This document shows positions 24,346 through 38,200 of a DNA stretch of 64,000 bases, in pieces (position 1 is the stretch's first letter; every line of letters starts with the position of its first letter). The DNA comes from the human T2T-CHM13v2.0 reference genome, Homo sapiens. The stretch lies in the NCBI RefSeq assembly GCF_009914755.1, contig NC_060925.1; one strand, given 5' to 3'. The translations under genes were made by a program, and so were the position numbers. A model generated the notes under the pieces. That model searched no databases, was not told where the DNA came from, and saw only the letters and a list, made by a program, of their open reading frames with translations.

Positions 24346-27300
24346 AAAATTAGACTTCTTTCTTAATATTATGCAGCATCTCAATGAACCCAGAAAAAGT
24401 AAGCATAAGGGTTTTTGCCTGCAGAGCCTCTCCAGTGTTGTGGCATTTGGGCCAGGCACTCATTTCTTGAGTGGGACAGTCTGGTGTCTGGCATGCTGTG
24501 GGGGTTTAACAACACCTCTGCCTGTCCAAGAAATAAGAGCAGCATCTCCAAGCCATTGGAACAACCCCAACTCCTCCACTGCCCCACCCTTGCCATGCTC
24601 CCAATGTCCCTGGAATCACCCCTTGGAATTTCTACTTGTCCCTCACTTTCATCCCTGGCCCAGGCCCATCCCTGTCCACGTGGCAGGATGCCTGATAGTG
24701 ACTGGGAGGCAGATGAGTCAGGGTTTGAAGCCCAGCTCTGCTACTCGTTGGCTGAATAACCACAGGCATGTTAGTTACTCCCCTCACTCAGTTTCCCCAT
24801 CTGTCCGATGAAGAAAATAATACCCGCTCACTAGAGCTGTTGTGAGGGCTGTATGAGCTAAGGGCCTGGGCCAGTGGCTTGCTAAGGGAGGCTCACATCA
24901 GGTACCAATATTGGTTTGTTTTCTGGGATGGGGATCCATGACTCTGGCCCTGCCACAGGGTGAAGTCGCTGGAGAGTGTGGGGAAAAGAAAGCATCTGCC
25001 AGTTGTCTGAGTCCCCAAATTCCTCACGTCCCACTTGTAGGTTAGGCAAAAGTGTCTACCCTGCTGCTTCTCTGTCTCATTAGAGATGCGACTGAAGGCA
25101 GATCCTCTCCTCATCCCATGGTGTGGTCCAATTAAGCGTGTGAGCTGGAAAAGTGTCCCCCTGGCCAGATGCTCCCCATGATGGGCAGCCGGGTGACAGT
25201 GGCCACAGGGAGCCCTGTGGCTCCAGGCTCCAGGCTCCTCCCTGGAGCACATCAGCCAGCTCTGTGGCCATTCCCACATGGAGACACCACAGGACCTTCT
25301 CAGGGAGACAGAAGCTGCCTCGCTCCAGGGAGGCCTGCGATGCACATCTGCCCCACGGGTTTAAGGAAGCAGGGCTGGGCTGCCCGCCTTGCCCTGGATG
25401 ACCCTGGCTGTCTTCTTCTGGGAGATGAACTACACCATCCTTTGGAGAGATGGGGCTTCCTGGGGACACAGTCACCCAGCCTCCCTGCGCACTGGCAGGG
25501 GACTCAGAGCCACCTTCTCCCACTGAAGTCACCCTTCCATCTGTCCAGCTCTGATTTTTTTCTGCAGGTGACTCCCTGCCCCTTTTGGTGAATGCTGTTC
25601 ACAGCACTGAGGGTGGGTGGCTCAGAGGGCCCCCAGGGCCAGGCAGCAAAGGCCACCTTGTGATTTGGGGGTGTCAGCCGCAGAAGCCCATGCTGTCTCC
25701 ACTACCAGCATGTGGCTGGAGCATTTTCATTTGCTTACAGGCAAATAAATCTCAAACCACTTCCCGCCTGTCTTTAGGTACATCCAGGCCCCCATCGGCA
25801 CTGTCTGAGCTCAGGGAAGGGCAACTAATCCTATTGCCCAAAGCACAATGAAGCTAGAAAGCAAGCCTGATGCACTAAGTGGAAAGAAAGAAAGAATTCC
25901 TCCATCGTCTCTTCCTGCTTTGCGTTATCAGCACTATGGCACCTCCTCCAGCATAGATAAGGGAGACTATTATGTTTGGACAATTTGCATTTTGGACTTT
26001 CTGAAATAAGAGCCTCTTTATTCTGTTACCTAAGTATAGTAATTATGTTCTTTCACTCATTTTAAAATTCACTTATTTAACAAATATTTTTTGGACAACC
26101 ACTGATACTACCTTGGTCCCATCCTCAGATGATAAATAAGTAAACGCATAGATATTTATGTGGCTGGATAGGCCTTCTCCTCTAGCTGCTGAGAAAAACA
26201 TTAATAGCACAATCTCACACACACAGGAGTTGGGATGGAGCTCTCGGGCACCACATCTCCCACCGGGGTTTGGAAGGCACCTGGACCAAAAGGAGGTAGA
26301 TGTTCTTTTATGCACAGTAAGATCCAAAGCATATGCTGGTACTAGCAGGGGATTAGACAACCAGGAGTCAGAAGGTTTAAAAAACTAAAGGCCAGCCCAC
26401 CTTGCTTCCTCTGCAATGGAGATGGGCCAGAGAGAACAGCTGCCATGTGCACCCTATGTGGGAGAAACTGAGGAGTCTCCAGACACAAGAGGAGGCCAGG
26501 AAAAGGGCCCGGGTCTAGGAAAGGTGAGAGGTGAGACTTCAAGGGGCCAGTGCAGCTGGGGAGCAATGGAAAAGACAAAATAAACAGGAAGAAGGAGAGT
26601 CTGTGGATGGAACAGTCTCTATCAAGAGAGGGCAGGTCACGTGGGGATGTCTCATGGTCTTGGTCCCTCAGTGTAGATAATGCAGGGACCCTGCTGAGTC
26701 TCCAACCCCACCCTGATGCTACAGATTGGATTCTACCACTGAGAACTGGTGACTAAAATCTGCTTGAGTCTTGGTGTAGGCTCAGGTGTTGTTTTCTGAT
26801 ACAGGGTGGTAGGGAGCTGCTCTGTCCCCGCAATCATAGGCAGGTGCCCAAAGTACCTTCAGCAGGGAATATGGGTGGTCAGAGAGGTGGAAGAAATTAC
26901 TCATCAGCTAAGCAACAGACTGATTTCAAGATAAGAAACTGCTCACGTTACATCTAATCACAAATTCTCTGTGCCACACTGGAGACCAATAGGAGGTACA
27001 GAAGAGAGACTAACAGCACTGGGTGTGTGTGCAAGAATCTGCTTTAGATGAGCTGTCCAGGAAAGTCCCCTAAATAGATGACTTTTAAACTGAAATCTAG
27101 AACAGCCCTATTCACAGTGGGGTCCATAGACCACTGGTGCACCCTACTGGTGCACCAACTGTTGGCTACAAATCCATGACAAATAAATAGAGAAATCAAT
27201 CTGACCTTGTCACAACATCCATGTGTTTTCAATTTCTATTTTGATAGATACTTTCAATATCTAAATTGCATTTAAATAATGCAATTTGACTACAGTTGAA

Positions 27301-27409
27301 TCTGATAGTTAAAAATGGGACTTGTATTATGTGTTTGTCTTTTTATTTTATCTAGTATCTGTTTTTATTGTGTATTATTGGTCTGCAACGTATTAGAAAA
27401 CAGTAACCA

Positions 27410-28510
27410 AATCACTGGTCCCTTCACTACAGAGAGATGAGAGGCCCTAATCCGATCATAAATGCATACAGGAATGCACGATGCATAAAAACTAGGAAGG
27501 ACTCGGTCCAGGAAGTGCTGGAGGAGGATGTGCCTGGCAGAGAGGATGGCACATGTGAAGGTGGGCTGGAGGCAGTGAAGAGAGGCCGATGGTGGCTGAG
27601 TGTGCAGGAGACAGAGGGCTACACAGCACGAGGGATGGGAGGCAGGCGGGACACTGTGTGTGCAGCTGCATGGAACCACGGCAAGTAGTTGGGATTTTAT
27701 CATAGTGTGAAGGGACACTGCAAAGAGTGGGAACTGGCATATTTCTTAAAAGCTAGCTGGGTGGAGAACAGGCTGTTAGAGAGCAGGGATAGACATGGCA
27801 GGACTGCCAGGAAGTGGCTACCATGCCTGGAGAGATGATGGCGGCCTGGACCAGGACAGTGGCAGCCAATGTGGTGGGAAGAAGAGTGACTTGAATGTTA
27901 TTCCTCTGTTTCTAAATAGGGCTTGGTGATTAGGCGGCTAGGAGAAAAAGAAGGATAACTCCCAGATTTCTGACCTGGCTCGATTGTGGTACTACTGACT
28001 ATGCTAGGTTTTTGTTGGGTTTATTTGTTTCATGGCAAGGGAGTGGTACAGAGCTTGGTTTTGCACTGGTCGGGTTTGAGCTTCCAGTGGGAAAGTCATC
28101 CAGGTCAGTTAGGCAGCCAGAGAAAGAGTCTGGGATAAATGCAGAACTCAGGAATCATGAGCATAGAAATAATCTTTACAGCCACGGGACTGCACGCACT
28201 CACATAAGGGGAGAGGGCAGACAGAAAAGGGAACGGGACCCAGTCCAAATGCTGAGACACCCTACAGGGACGAAAAAGATGGCAGAGGAGACTAGGGCGC
28301 ATCATGGAAGCCGCGAGGGGAGACTGTCCCAAGGAAGAGGGAGCAGCTCCTCACAAGCTGAGAAGGATGGAAAAAGAAGAGTGGCCATTGGATTTGGCCA
28401 AATGGGAGTCAGTAGAGACCCTAAGAAAAGCAGCTTTGATACAGTGGCAGAGGGGAAGCCATTCTGCAGTGAGTTGGGGAGTAAAAGGGGATGGAAACCT
28501 CAGGTGACTC
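27410..28510. mobile_element. L2 LINE remnants (approximate)
   Basis: Purine-rich degraded L2-like motifs (gagagatgatggcggcctggaccag, tggccattggatttggc). Confidence 0.5.
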
Positions 28511-31500
28511 TTTAGAGAAGTTTGCTGCAGGGAAGCAGTAAAGCAGAGGCCGGAGGGTCCAGGGAGAGCCCCGCCCCCACCCCAGAGCTCTTGATCTTGT
28601 TAAGACGTTGGCAGGAGTGGTTCAACACAGGGTACAAGGTTGGTAATCCAGGCAGGAGGGCAGTCATTCAGGAGGAGAAAGATGTGATCTTCCACATGAG
28701 TGGAAGGAGGGGCTGGCCTCTGACAGGCGTAGGAGGGGCTGGAGGGAAGCATGAGTGCTGGACACAGGCCTCAGCAGATCGGTGGCCAGGGTGGTGGAGA
28801 TGTGAGTAAGCTGCCCTCTGAAGGCTCCCCTTTTCCGAATGAAGTGTGAGGCAAGGCCACCACTCAGAGGTGGGAGGGGGGCTGAGATGAGAACTATGTA
28901 TCACTTATCACAGTCCTTAACCAATTTATATGTTTCATTACATGCAAAATAATAAAATGAGGCTTAAAACCAGTGTGTGCCTTGCAACTATCCATACAAA
29001 TAACTCCAGGGCATGGGGCAGGGGAAGCAGAAGAATGTAGAATATTTTAACTTACTAAATGAATATTTAGAATGTACAATGAATGAATACTAATGTAGTA
29101 TTATAGAATATTTTAACCTACTAAATCCTTCTGAGCCACTGAGCCCAGGTGCTTTGACTGAGTATTTTCATTCTTACTAGTTCCAAAGGTCCATACAGCC
29201 CCCCGGGTGTTCTTCATGTAGGAAAGACTTGCTCCTTTAGTCTGTGCATTCACATCTACCCCACACAGCTCGTGGGAGAGGCTGCTGGTTGCTCACCATA
29301 ACCCATGTTCCACGAGCACCCAGCTGGTCCACATTGCCCACTGTCCCTTGTTTCTCTAAGTTCTAGCCAATGGAATATGAAGAGAAATGATAACTACTAC
29401 TTTCACGCTTGATCCATGAAGCCTTCCCATGCTTCTCTGGCTGCCTAGAATGGAAATGATCTCCTAGGGGACCTCAGAAGCCCACCCTGAAGCCAGCAGA
29501 GCTTCCACTGGCCCCTGAATGACTGGGTGGAGAAGAGGCACTGGCGGATCAATATTCACTCAATGCCACTAGGTGAAAATAAACTTCTATTTTGTTTGAG
29601 CCATCATCCCTTTTTGGTAACCTTCTTACAGCAGCGGTCTACCATATACAGTTGGTATAAGGAAGAAATAACAGATGTGAATCTGCTTTGTGAAACAGCA
29701 GAACATGCATGCTCCAGATGTTTGTTGCTATTATTACTGTCACACCTCTTTCTGCCATGTTAGTGCTGCATTTGAAGAGTGTAATAATGAGTTAAGCCAC
29801 TGGTTCCTCAACCCTGGCTGCACAGAATCACCTGGGGAGCTTTGCCTAATTGGTCTGGAGGGGGTCCTGGGCTTGGATGGGTCTTAAAGCCCTGGGGTGA
29901 TTCTAACGGGTAGACAAAGTTGAGAAGCACCGTCCCCACAGTTGCAATGGTCAGGAGACCCCCTCCATCCCCTACGTGCTAAGGATGGATGGTTTACAAC
30001 ATTCAGTGGAGCCAGTATGCAAATTAAATTGTCATGGTATCTGGTCTGGGTCTTCACCTTTCACCGGACTCTTGCTATATGAATTGCAGTCCATGGACTG
30101 TCCATTTTGGGATCAACTAAGTGCTTATTAGAAATTGGTACTCTCTAGCAACACCTACTCAATCAGAAACTTTATTTCAGCAAGATTCCCAGGTGATTCA
30201 CATGCACAGTGCAGTTTGGGAAGTGAAGTGCTGTTCCAGATCATGAGGAAACTCTGTAGCTGAGCTCAGTAGTAAAGCTGACTCTTAATGCTACGGTCTC
30301 AAGTCTCAAGTTGGCCTTGAGGAGCGTGGAGAAGTGGCAGGAAAGCCAGTGAGCCTGTATACTGAGTGCAAAGGCATCGCATCAAGACAGCCCAGCATGT
30401 TGTCTATGTGGCTCTGAGAGGGAACAGGAAGACAGGGACTCTGCTCCCATATTGTACAGAACCACCCAACCTCTGCCTGCAGGAGTTCTGCTGAATTCTA
30501 ATCATCAAAACTGCCATTGCACCAGCCATCCCCAGTCTGATCTAAATTTGGGTAATGATTCCAGGAAGTTGCACGGAACCCTCTGTACCAAAGTCCTGGC
30601 CATCTCCATGACTACGTCTGAAACTTTGCTTTTAGCTCAGGGAAAATCAATAAACATTATACAGCACATTACATTTTCCACTTGTGTTTTGTTGTAACAA
30701 CACAGAAGGCCAACACATGTGTCTACTGAAGGAAGCCAATGATCATGAGGCTGGGGCTTTGCTTGTTTGTGAGCAGGATGGAGCATGGTGTTTACCTACT
30801 CAGAGATGTGCTGACAGATCAAATTTAAGATCAATAGTACCCAGCAGCGCTGAGGGAGGGGCTCTCACCTGCTTTCCATCTCTGAGTCACTACGTTAGGA
30901 TGTCCCTGAAGGAATACAAAATGCATGTGATGACAACTGTGAAACTTCACTGAAAAAAAAAAATGGCTTCACATAAGAAATCTGAAGTGTGCCTAGTTTC
31001 GAAGCCACAAGGAAGCCACAGAGGAGCACACAGGTGAGGGAGCAGGTGCAAACCCGTGATTTCCTCTGACAGCAGCGGGGAATGGCTGGTGCTGAAATCA
31101 AAAGCTGACACGTGTTTCTGTGTTCTGATGAGGTTGCTTGCTTTCTTTGCATTGATAGGAGCCACAGTGGCTACACTGAGGTCAGTCTTCACCACCACAA
31201 GGTGAAAATAAATCACAAGACATCTGTGGCGTCAGAGTGTTTTGACGTCTGTGAACATTTTCCAATACATGATCCCCCTACAGTCAGGACTCCTAAAGGT
31301 AATTGGGGCATCTGAATTTTTTGTAAGGGAAGGAAATCAGGGGCACAAGATTAAAATGGAGCGTGTGTCCCACCATGTAACCCAGGAAGCCCACAGGTAA
31401 GGGAGCATTTAGAGTGGATCATTTCTGACCCTCTCTGCAATCAGCAAACCCGTCTATTATCAGAGATGACACTGAAGTTAAATGTTGCTAGTGTATCCAC

Positions 31501-33227
31501 ATACTGGACCAAAGTGCCACACAGACACACATACATTCATGTATACAATTTTCTGAGCCTCCAGTCTTCCTCCCATAAATTTTTAGGAAAATCCTTAGTG
31601 CCTTCTCATTCTTGTCTATTAGCAAGTCCTAATAGATGAGGAAATACATAATTGAGTAGTGAGTTAAGAAGAGGAGGAAGCAATTGGTCATGCTTTGTTC
31701 CTAGCTATGCTTCAGTGTATGTGTGTATGCACTTATGGGTTCTATATTATAGTTAGTTCTATAATAAGTTTATATTATCCATAGAAAATAAACAGCCACA
31801 GTTTCCACTAGCAAAGGTAATTCTAAAGTTTACATGATAGAATTTTATCAGTATTTCTTAGTGTTCTGCAAAAAACATAAAACAAAAAATGCATGCTATT
31901 CTGTGAAAGGCACCATGCTTTTCTGACATCTGAACAAATTTAAGAAACACTGGCTTAGAAGACATGGACAGTGAAAAGAGAGGAAGAAAGGGAAAAGTCA
32001 GCTAGGAGAACAGAATAGGAGAAAGTGTGAGGGTGAGAATGTGAGAAAGGACAGGCTAAGAAGACATAAGAAAATCAGTGGATTAATGAGAGACTCTAGA
32101 GAGGCAGCTTTGCACTGCCTCTAGTGCAAAGGTGCAAGAGTGCAAAGGTGCACTTTCCTGGGTTCACATCCTGGCTCAAACACTTAGTGGCCATGACCTT
32201 GGGCATTTTACTTTCTCATCTTATTTTCATTTTCATTCATTTTACTTTCATTTCTTTCTGAGCTTTGGTTTCCATCATCTGTCAACAGAAATAGTAATAC
32301 CTACATTGCAGGAAATTTATAAGAATTAGAAATAATATCCGTAAATCACCAAGCACAAAGTGCCTGGCACAAAAGGAAATGCTCAATAAAAAGAGACAGT
32401 GACTATTACTAGCTACATTACAGGCCAGTGAGATGAAATGAGAGCAGTAATGACATTTCACAAGAACGTACTATGAGGCAACATATGCACATTATGTCAC
32501 TCAATCCTAACAACAATTTTGCAGAGCAGGTGTTGCTATTGCCTCATTTGCAAAGATAAGGGAATTGAGGCTGAGAAAGATGAAGTTATTTGCCCAAGGT
32601 CATCTAGCAAACTAACAGCGAGCTGGGACAGGACCTTATGTGCTGCTGACTCCAAAGCTGCCATATCTTACTGAGTCATGCCATGGGGTTTTAAGTGAAC
32701 ACAGGAGAAAGGGAGCATAGTGCCTCCCAACAGCCAAGTGGAAGAGCAACGATTTCATTATCTGCTAAGACATGTATTATGCACAATGGGGTTAGAGTTC
32801 GGAAAAGCCTTGAGGCCTCCAGAGCTAGAGGAAAAGAGAGCTGGAGGAACCCTGACAGATACAGGGAAGCCTCTGTTTGGCTCAGCTGGCATAAGCAGGG
32901 TGCGGTGTACCGGGCTAGAGGCAAGGTTAGCTCAGGAAGGGGCTGTGGGCAGGCCAAAGGATGCTGGCCAACTGGGGTTTGGGAAGATTCGAAGACAGCC
33001 CTTTAAACCTGGGAGCAAGAGCTAGAGGGAAGATGGAAGGGAGTTTGCTTCTTCCAAAGCTAAGGCAGGGAGAGCATGTGCAGTGGATCGAATTGGGTAT
33101 CCCCCAGATTCTTACACTGAAATCCTGGTACCTGTGAATGTGGGCCTATTTGGAAATAGGGTAACTGCAGATGTAATTAAATTGAGGTCATATTATAGTA
33201 GGGTGGGCCCTTAATCCAATATGACTG

Positions 33228-33641
33228 TTATGTTAGTCTGTTCATTGTATTGCTATAATAGAATATCCAAGACTGGGTAATTTATAAAGAAAAAAGGTGT
33301 AATTGGCTCATGGTTCTGCAGGCTGTACCAGCATGGCTCCATCATCTGCTTCTGGCACAGGCTTCAGGAAGCTTATAATCATGGCAGAAGGCAAAGAAGA
33401 ACAGGTGTGTCACATGGCAAGAGTGGGTTCCAGACATGGGAGGAAATACCACATGATTTTAAACAACCAGATTTCATGTGAACTCAGAGCAAGAACTCAC
33501 TCATCACCAAGGGGATGGCACTAAGCCCTTCATGAGGGATCCACCCCCATGATCCAATCACCTCTCACCAGGCCACACCTCCAACACCGGGAATCAAATT
33601 TCAACATGAGATTTGGAGGAAATAACATCCAAAACATATCA
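33228..33641 (-). mobile_element. MST solo LTR nested in the MLT1
   Basis: Reverse-complement homologue of the LTR at 2175-2595 (ctgggtaatttataaag...tcaacatgagatttggagg), about 415 bp. Confidence 0.85.
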
Positions 33642-33668
33642 ACTTGTGTCCTTATAAGAAGAAGAGGC

Positions 33669-34322
33669 AACAAAGGACATGAACTCATCATTTTTTATGG
33701 CTGCATAGTATTTCATGGTGTATATGTGCCACATTTTCTTAATCCAGTCTATCATTGTTGGACATTTGGGTTGGTTCCAAGTATTTGCTATTGTGAGTAG
33801 TGCCACAATAAACATACGTGTGCATGTGTCTTTATAGCAGCATGATTTATATTCCTTTGGGTACATACCCAGTAATGGGATGGCTGGGTCAAATGGTATT
33901 TCTAGTTCTAGGTCCCTGAGGAATTGCCACACTGTCTTCCACAATGGTTGAACTAGTTTACAGTCCCACCAACAGTGTAAAAGTGTTCCTATTTCTCCAC
34001 ATCCTCTCCAGCACCTGTTGTTTCCTGACTTTTTAATGATCGCCATTCTAACTCAGCAAACTATTGCAAGGACAAAAAACCAAACACCGCATGTTCTCAC
34101 TCACAGGTGGGAATTGAACAATGAGAACACTTGGACACAGGAAGGGGAACATCACACACCAGGGCCTGTTGTGGGGTGGGGGGAGGGGGGAGGGATAGCA
34201 TTAGGAGATATACCTAATGTAAACGACGAGTTAATGGGTGCAGCACACCAACATGGCACATGTATACATATGTAACAAACCTGCACGTTGTGCACATGTA
34301 CCCTAGAACTTAAAGTATAATT

Positions 34323-34355
<33 letters not shown>

Positions 34356-34358
34356 TAA
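33669..34358 (+). mobile_element. 5'-truncated L1PA with 5' inversion (33669-~34053 inverted, ~34052-34358 sense with poly-A/(AT)n)
   Basis: Minus ORF 33639..34046 is the ORF2 C-terminus ([24 protein letters not shown]), followed by a sense 3'UTR. 13-bp TSD aagaagaagaggc at 33656-33668 and 34359-34371. Confidence 0.95.
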
Positions 34359-34921
34359 AAGAAGAAGAGGCGAGACACACAGAGGGAAGACGGCCATGTG
34401 AAGACACAGACATCAAGGGAGAACTCCATGTGATGACCGAGGCAGAGGCTGGAATGAAGCGGCGACAAGCCATCGAACGCCAAGGAATGAGGCAGCAGCT
34501 GAAACCAGGTTGGGGATCGTTATGCTCCAGGGACAGTAGAGTCCCCCACAGCTAACTCCAAGGGCCACAGAGTCTTTAAAAATGTCAAGCAGAATGGTAG
34601 GCAAAGGTCCCATTGGCATGCTGCTTTAGCCATGGTTGGCTATAGAATTCTTGGCTTCCCAGCTTCCTGAACAAATTAACTTTTCTTCCCAATTCAAAAT
34701 AATTTCCATCAGAATAATATACTTATAGTATGAAAATACAGACTGATGTAGGCACAGGTGTTTACTTGTGATAGCTTGAACTAAGGACTAGTTTTAAAAT
34801 ATGAATTTCCATATAATTGGCTTTTTTTTTTAAACTCCAGTCATGCTTCCCCTTCTTAAGGCCTGGACCAATGAAATCCCTTCCTAGGAATGGAGAAGAC
34901 GGGGTCAGAAAATGCATTAGG

Positions 34922-35236
<315 letters not shown>

Positions 35237-38200
35237 TCATCCATCAAAGAACAAACTGGCCAGAATGTAAACAAAGTCCTGGACTTTTCTTCAGAAGCCA
35301 CAAGAAAAAAAATGTGCCATGGGATGAAGGCTCTGTCCTCTCTGCACACTCTAACTTTAGAGGATGTGGGCACAGTTCGGAGTCAGGCATTATCTTTTTA
35401 CAGAACGCAAGCCAAAAACAACAAAAACTTGCTTCAGTACAAAAAAAAAAAGAAAATGATCATGAACATAGGCATGATGGTTACCATTTCTATGAAAAAA
35501 ATGAATGACATGAGACAAAAAGATAGGAATAGAAAGGTATGACTATTTTACCCACGCATCACTCCAAATGTCTAATTAATTTGGGAGAAAAGGCAGGGAA
35601 TTACGGCAATGGTTTATGAAGGAAAGTGGAGATGGGGGTGGGAACTGGGGTGGAGAAGGAAGAAAGGAACAACAGAGAGGAATGACCCCAAACACCCTGC
35701 CGAATATTGCCGAGTGACTCCCAGCCTGAAAAAGGCCCCTGAAATGACTGCAGGCATTTATTACCTTCTGTGTTCCACCTGACTGCAAGAGGTTTTATTA
35801 CTATGAAATACAAGTCATCTTACTTCCCAGAGAGGAAAGAAAGAAATAAATCCTGCCTGGAGCAGGGATAGAGAAGATACTCTAGAGTTTAAGGACAAAC
35901 ACTGAGAATCTCCCATTTGTACCGGTCATCTATTTTCTGAGCATAATGAGGTCCCACTCGTGGCATAAGCTAGAGGCTCATACCCCTGGTCACAGCTTTG
36001 CTGTTGCTTAGCTCTGCACTTCCTTCAGTAACCTGACATTTAAGCATCACAAAATAAAGACCTCAGCTTGCATGTCTGTGGATTTGCAAAAATAGGAGGG
36101 GACTACAGGGCAAAGGAGGATTATATTTTGGTGAGAACTGTGAACTCAGTGAAAGAAAGGGACATGTTCTCCACCCCCTGCTCCAAACAGGGAATCCTGC
36201 CAGGCTCATGCAAGCCCCGGGACAGGCGACCTGCCCAGGTGAGAACCATGGATGGGGGCTTGGGTAGAGTTGGGCTTGAGACTGGTGAAATCCCATCTCT
36301 GAATGGTGGGGAGAGGGGATTATCTGAGTCCTCCCTTGGGTGATCTCTTCATTTCTTGATTTGGCGGGAGAGGTAGTTCAAACCAATGAAGCTGTCAGCT
36401 TTCTTTCCCCTTTGGTGGGAGAAGAATCACCTCTCTTCTTCCTCTGACCTCAGTCTAGATCTCTGCACTTACACGGGATTAAAAAAAAAGAGACAGATAA
36501 TTATAGGAGTCCAGGAGAGACAGAGGGTTAATGGTTGTGTTTCCACCAAGGCTAAAAGGAAGGCAAGGTGCTGAGACAGGAGCCTGCCAAGGGTCTTAAG
36601 CTAGTGAACAGCAGATTCGGAGAGAGAGGATGAGGACCATCTATCATGTTGGGAATCAGAAAACGCAAGAGAAAAAGAGTCTAAAAAGTAATAGCAGGAA
36701 TGCCTGAAAACTTGGATCTACTTGAAAAAAAGGAATAAGGTCTCTTGGTTTTCTTAAGACAAAAAGATCAGTGTTTCTGGATTTGATATAGGAAAAGAAA
36801 AAAGAATAATGAAGCTTCTTGATGCCATGGCACAATCTATCTTGAGTATGAGAGAGATGTGTGACCAAGAAGAGGAGGAAGCTACAGTGGCAATTACTTA
36901 TTGTAAAAGAAGAAGAGAAAATTAAGCACAGTGATCCTTGAGAATGCTGTATGGCATGCAAGCAGCTATTTTCTGGTAATCACTCTGCTGTAATATATGA
37001 ACAGTACATGGAAATGATATTAGAATAATTTACTATTGCTGGTGAACAATGAATTAACAGGATTGCTTGCTATTTTGCATTTCCCTCTAATAAAACACCC
37101 ACCAGGGTCACAGGCAAGGTGATAGTAACACGAACAGCACCAGACACAGGGATTTTCACTGCCAGGGAACAAAATGGCAAAAGGGGATGGTATGTACTAA
37201 TGTATGTGCCCAGGCCATAGAATTCATTTTCAGTTCACAAAGGGACCTCTGTTTGTTTCAGACAGGGAGAAACACAGGAGGGAAAGGGCATGAGATTTTC
37301 TCTTTCCTAGGCCCAGGGAACACACATTCATCTTCAAAGGGAACTGAAGATTCTTTTGAGAATAAGATCTAAAAATCCTGTAAAACTTTGACTGATGTAA
37401 GCTGGATTCCTAATTAGGATTATAAATTAGCCATCTACTTACATCCTTGAAGGCTGGGAGTCTAAAGAGGTTGGGGGGTGGGAGGTTTCTATGACCCAAG
37501 CCAATCATTTCATTGCTCTGGTCTCAAGTTCCTAAGGAGGCAGAACCCGATGTATGATTTTCATATTTCACGCCAGCAAACTCTTCCTTCAAATAAATCT
37601 TGAGTGAGAACATAATATGTAAATATATAAAACAGAGCCATTGGGGCTGGGGGAGCCTGGGTCAAAGTTACCTGGGGCTTCCCAGGGAACTCCCAGGGCC
37701 TTAGAGCCTTATGTTCCAGAACCCCTGGCCAAGCATTACCTAACCTTGTATTAGCTAGAGGAGGCGAGGGAAGGGCAGAGCTTAGGGCAAGCAGATTAAT
37801 CAGAAGCCCTCCCTCTACTGTCCCATGGAAAGAAGCTCCCCTGCTATATCAAGTAAAAAAGGCATTTGCTGCCCTTTTCTTCCTTTTCTGCCGATTAAAT
37901 TTTATGCTGGGTCCAGCTACTGGCAGGATCACGGATAAGCCTGCAGGGAGCTTGAGGGCCCAGGAGAGGCTAATTGAGACCACGCCTCTGGCCAGCGGGT
38001 TTATTCAGAACTGTGGGAGGCTGAGTGGGTATTCAGTGTCCAGGTGGTCACTGCTATTATCATTTACACAGAGGTGCACAAGACTTGAGTCTCTAATAGC
38101 AGTGGCCACTTGGCACATTGTACATCCCTGGTTGGCACCAGCGCCTTGCCTGGGAAGGAGGGAGGAAGGGAAGGAAGAAATGGAAATTCCCCCATTGCTC

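Larger units (their letters stand above)
33078..34490 (+). mobile_element. MLT1-type MaLR solo LTR interrupted by an MST LTR and an L1PA
   Basis: tgtgaatgtg..tatttggaaatagggt...aatatgactg | tgtccttataagaag | gagacacacagagggaagacggccatgtgaagac are collinear MLT1 pieces. Confidence 0.8.

Noticed and set aside
24893-25591. Several overlapping 140-150-aa ORFs
   Set aside because: GC-rich intron, no recognisable domain or exon structure.
28811-28824. CTCF-like motifs (also about 43265 and 49045)
   Set aside because: Each has two or more core mismatches and cannot be supported without ChIP data.
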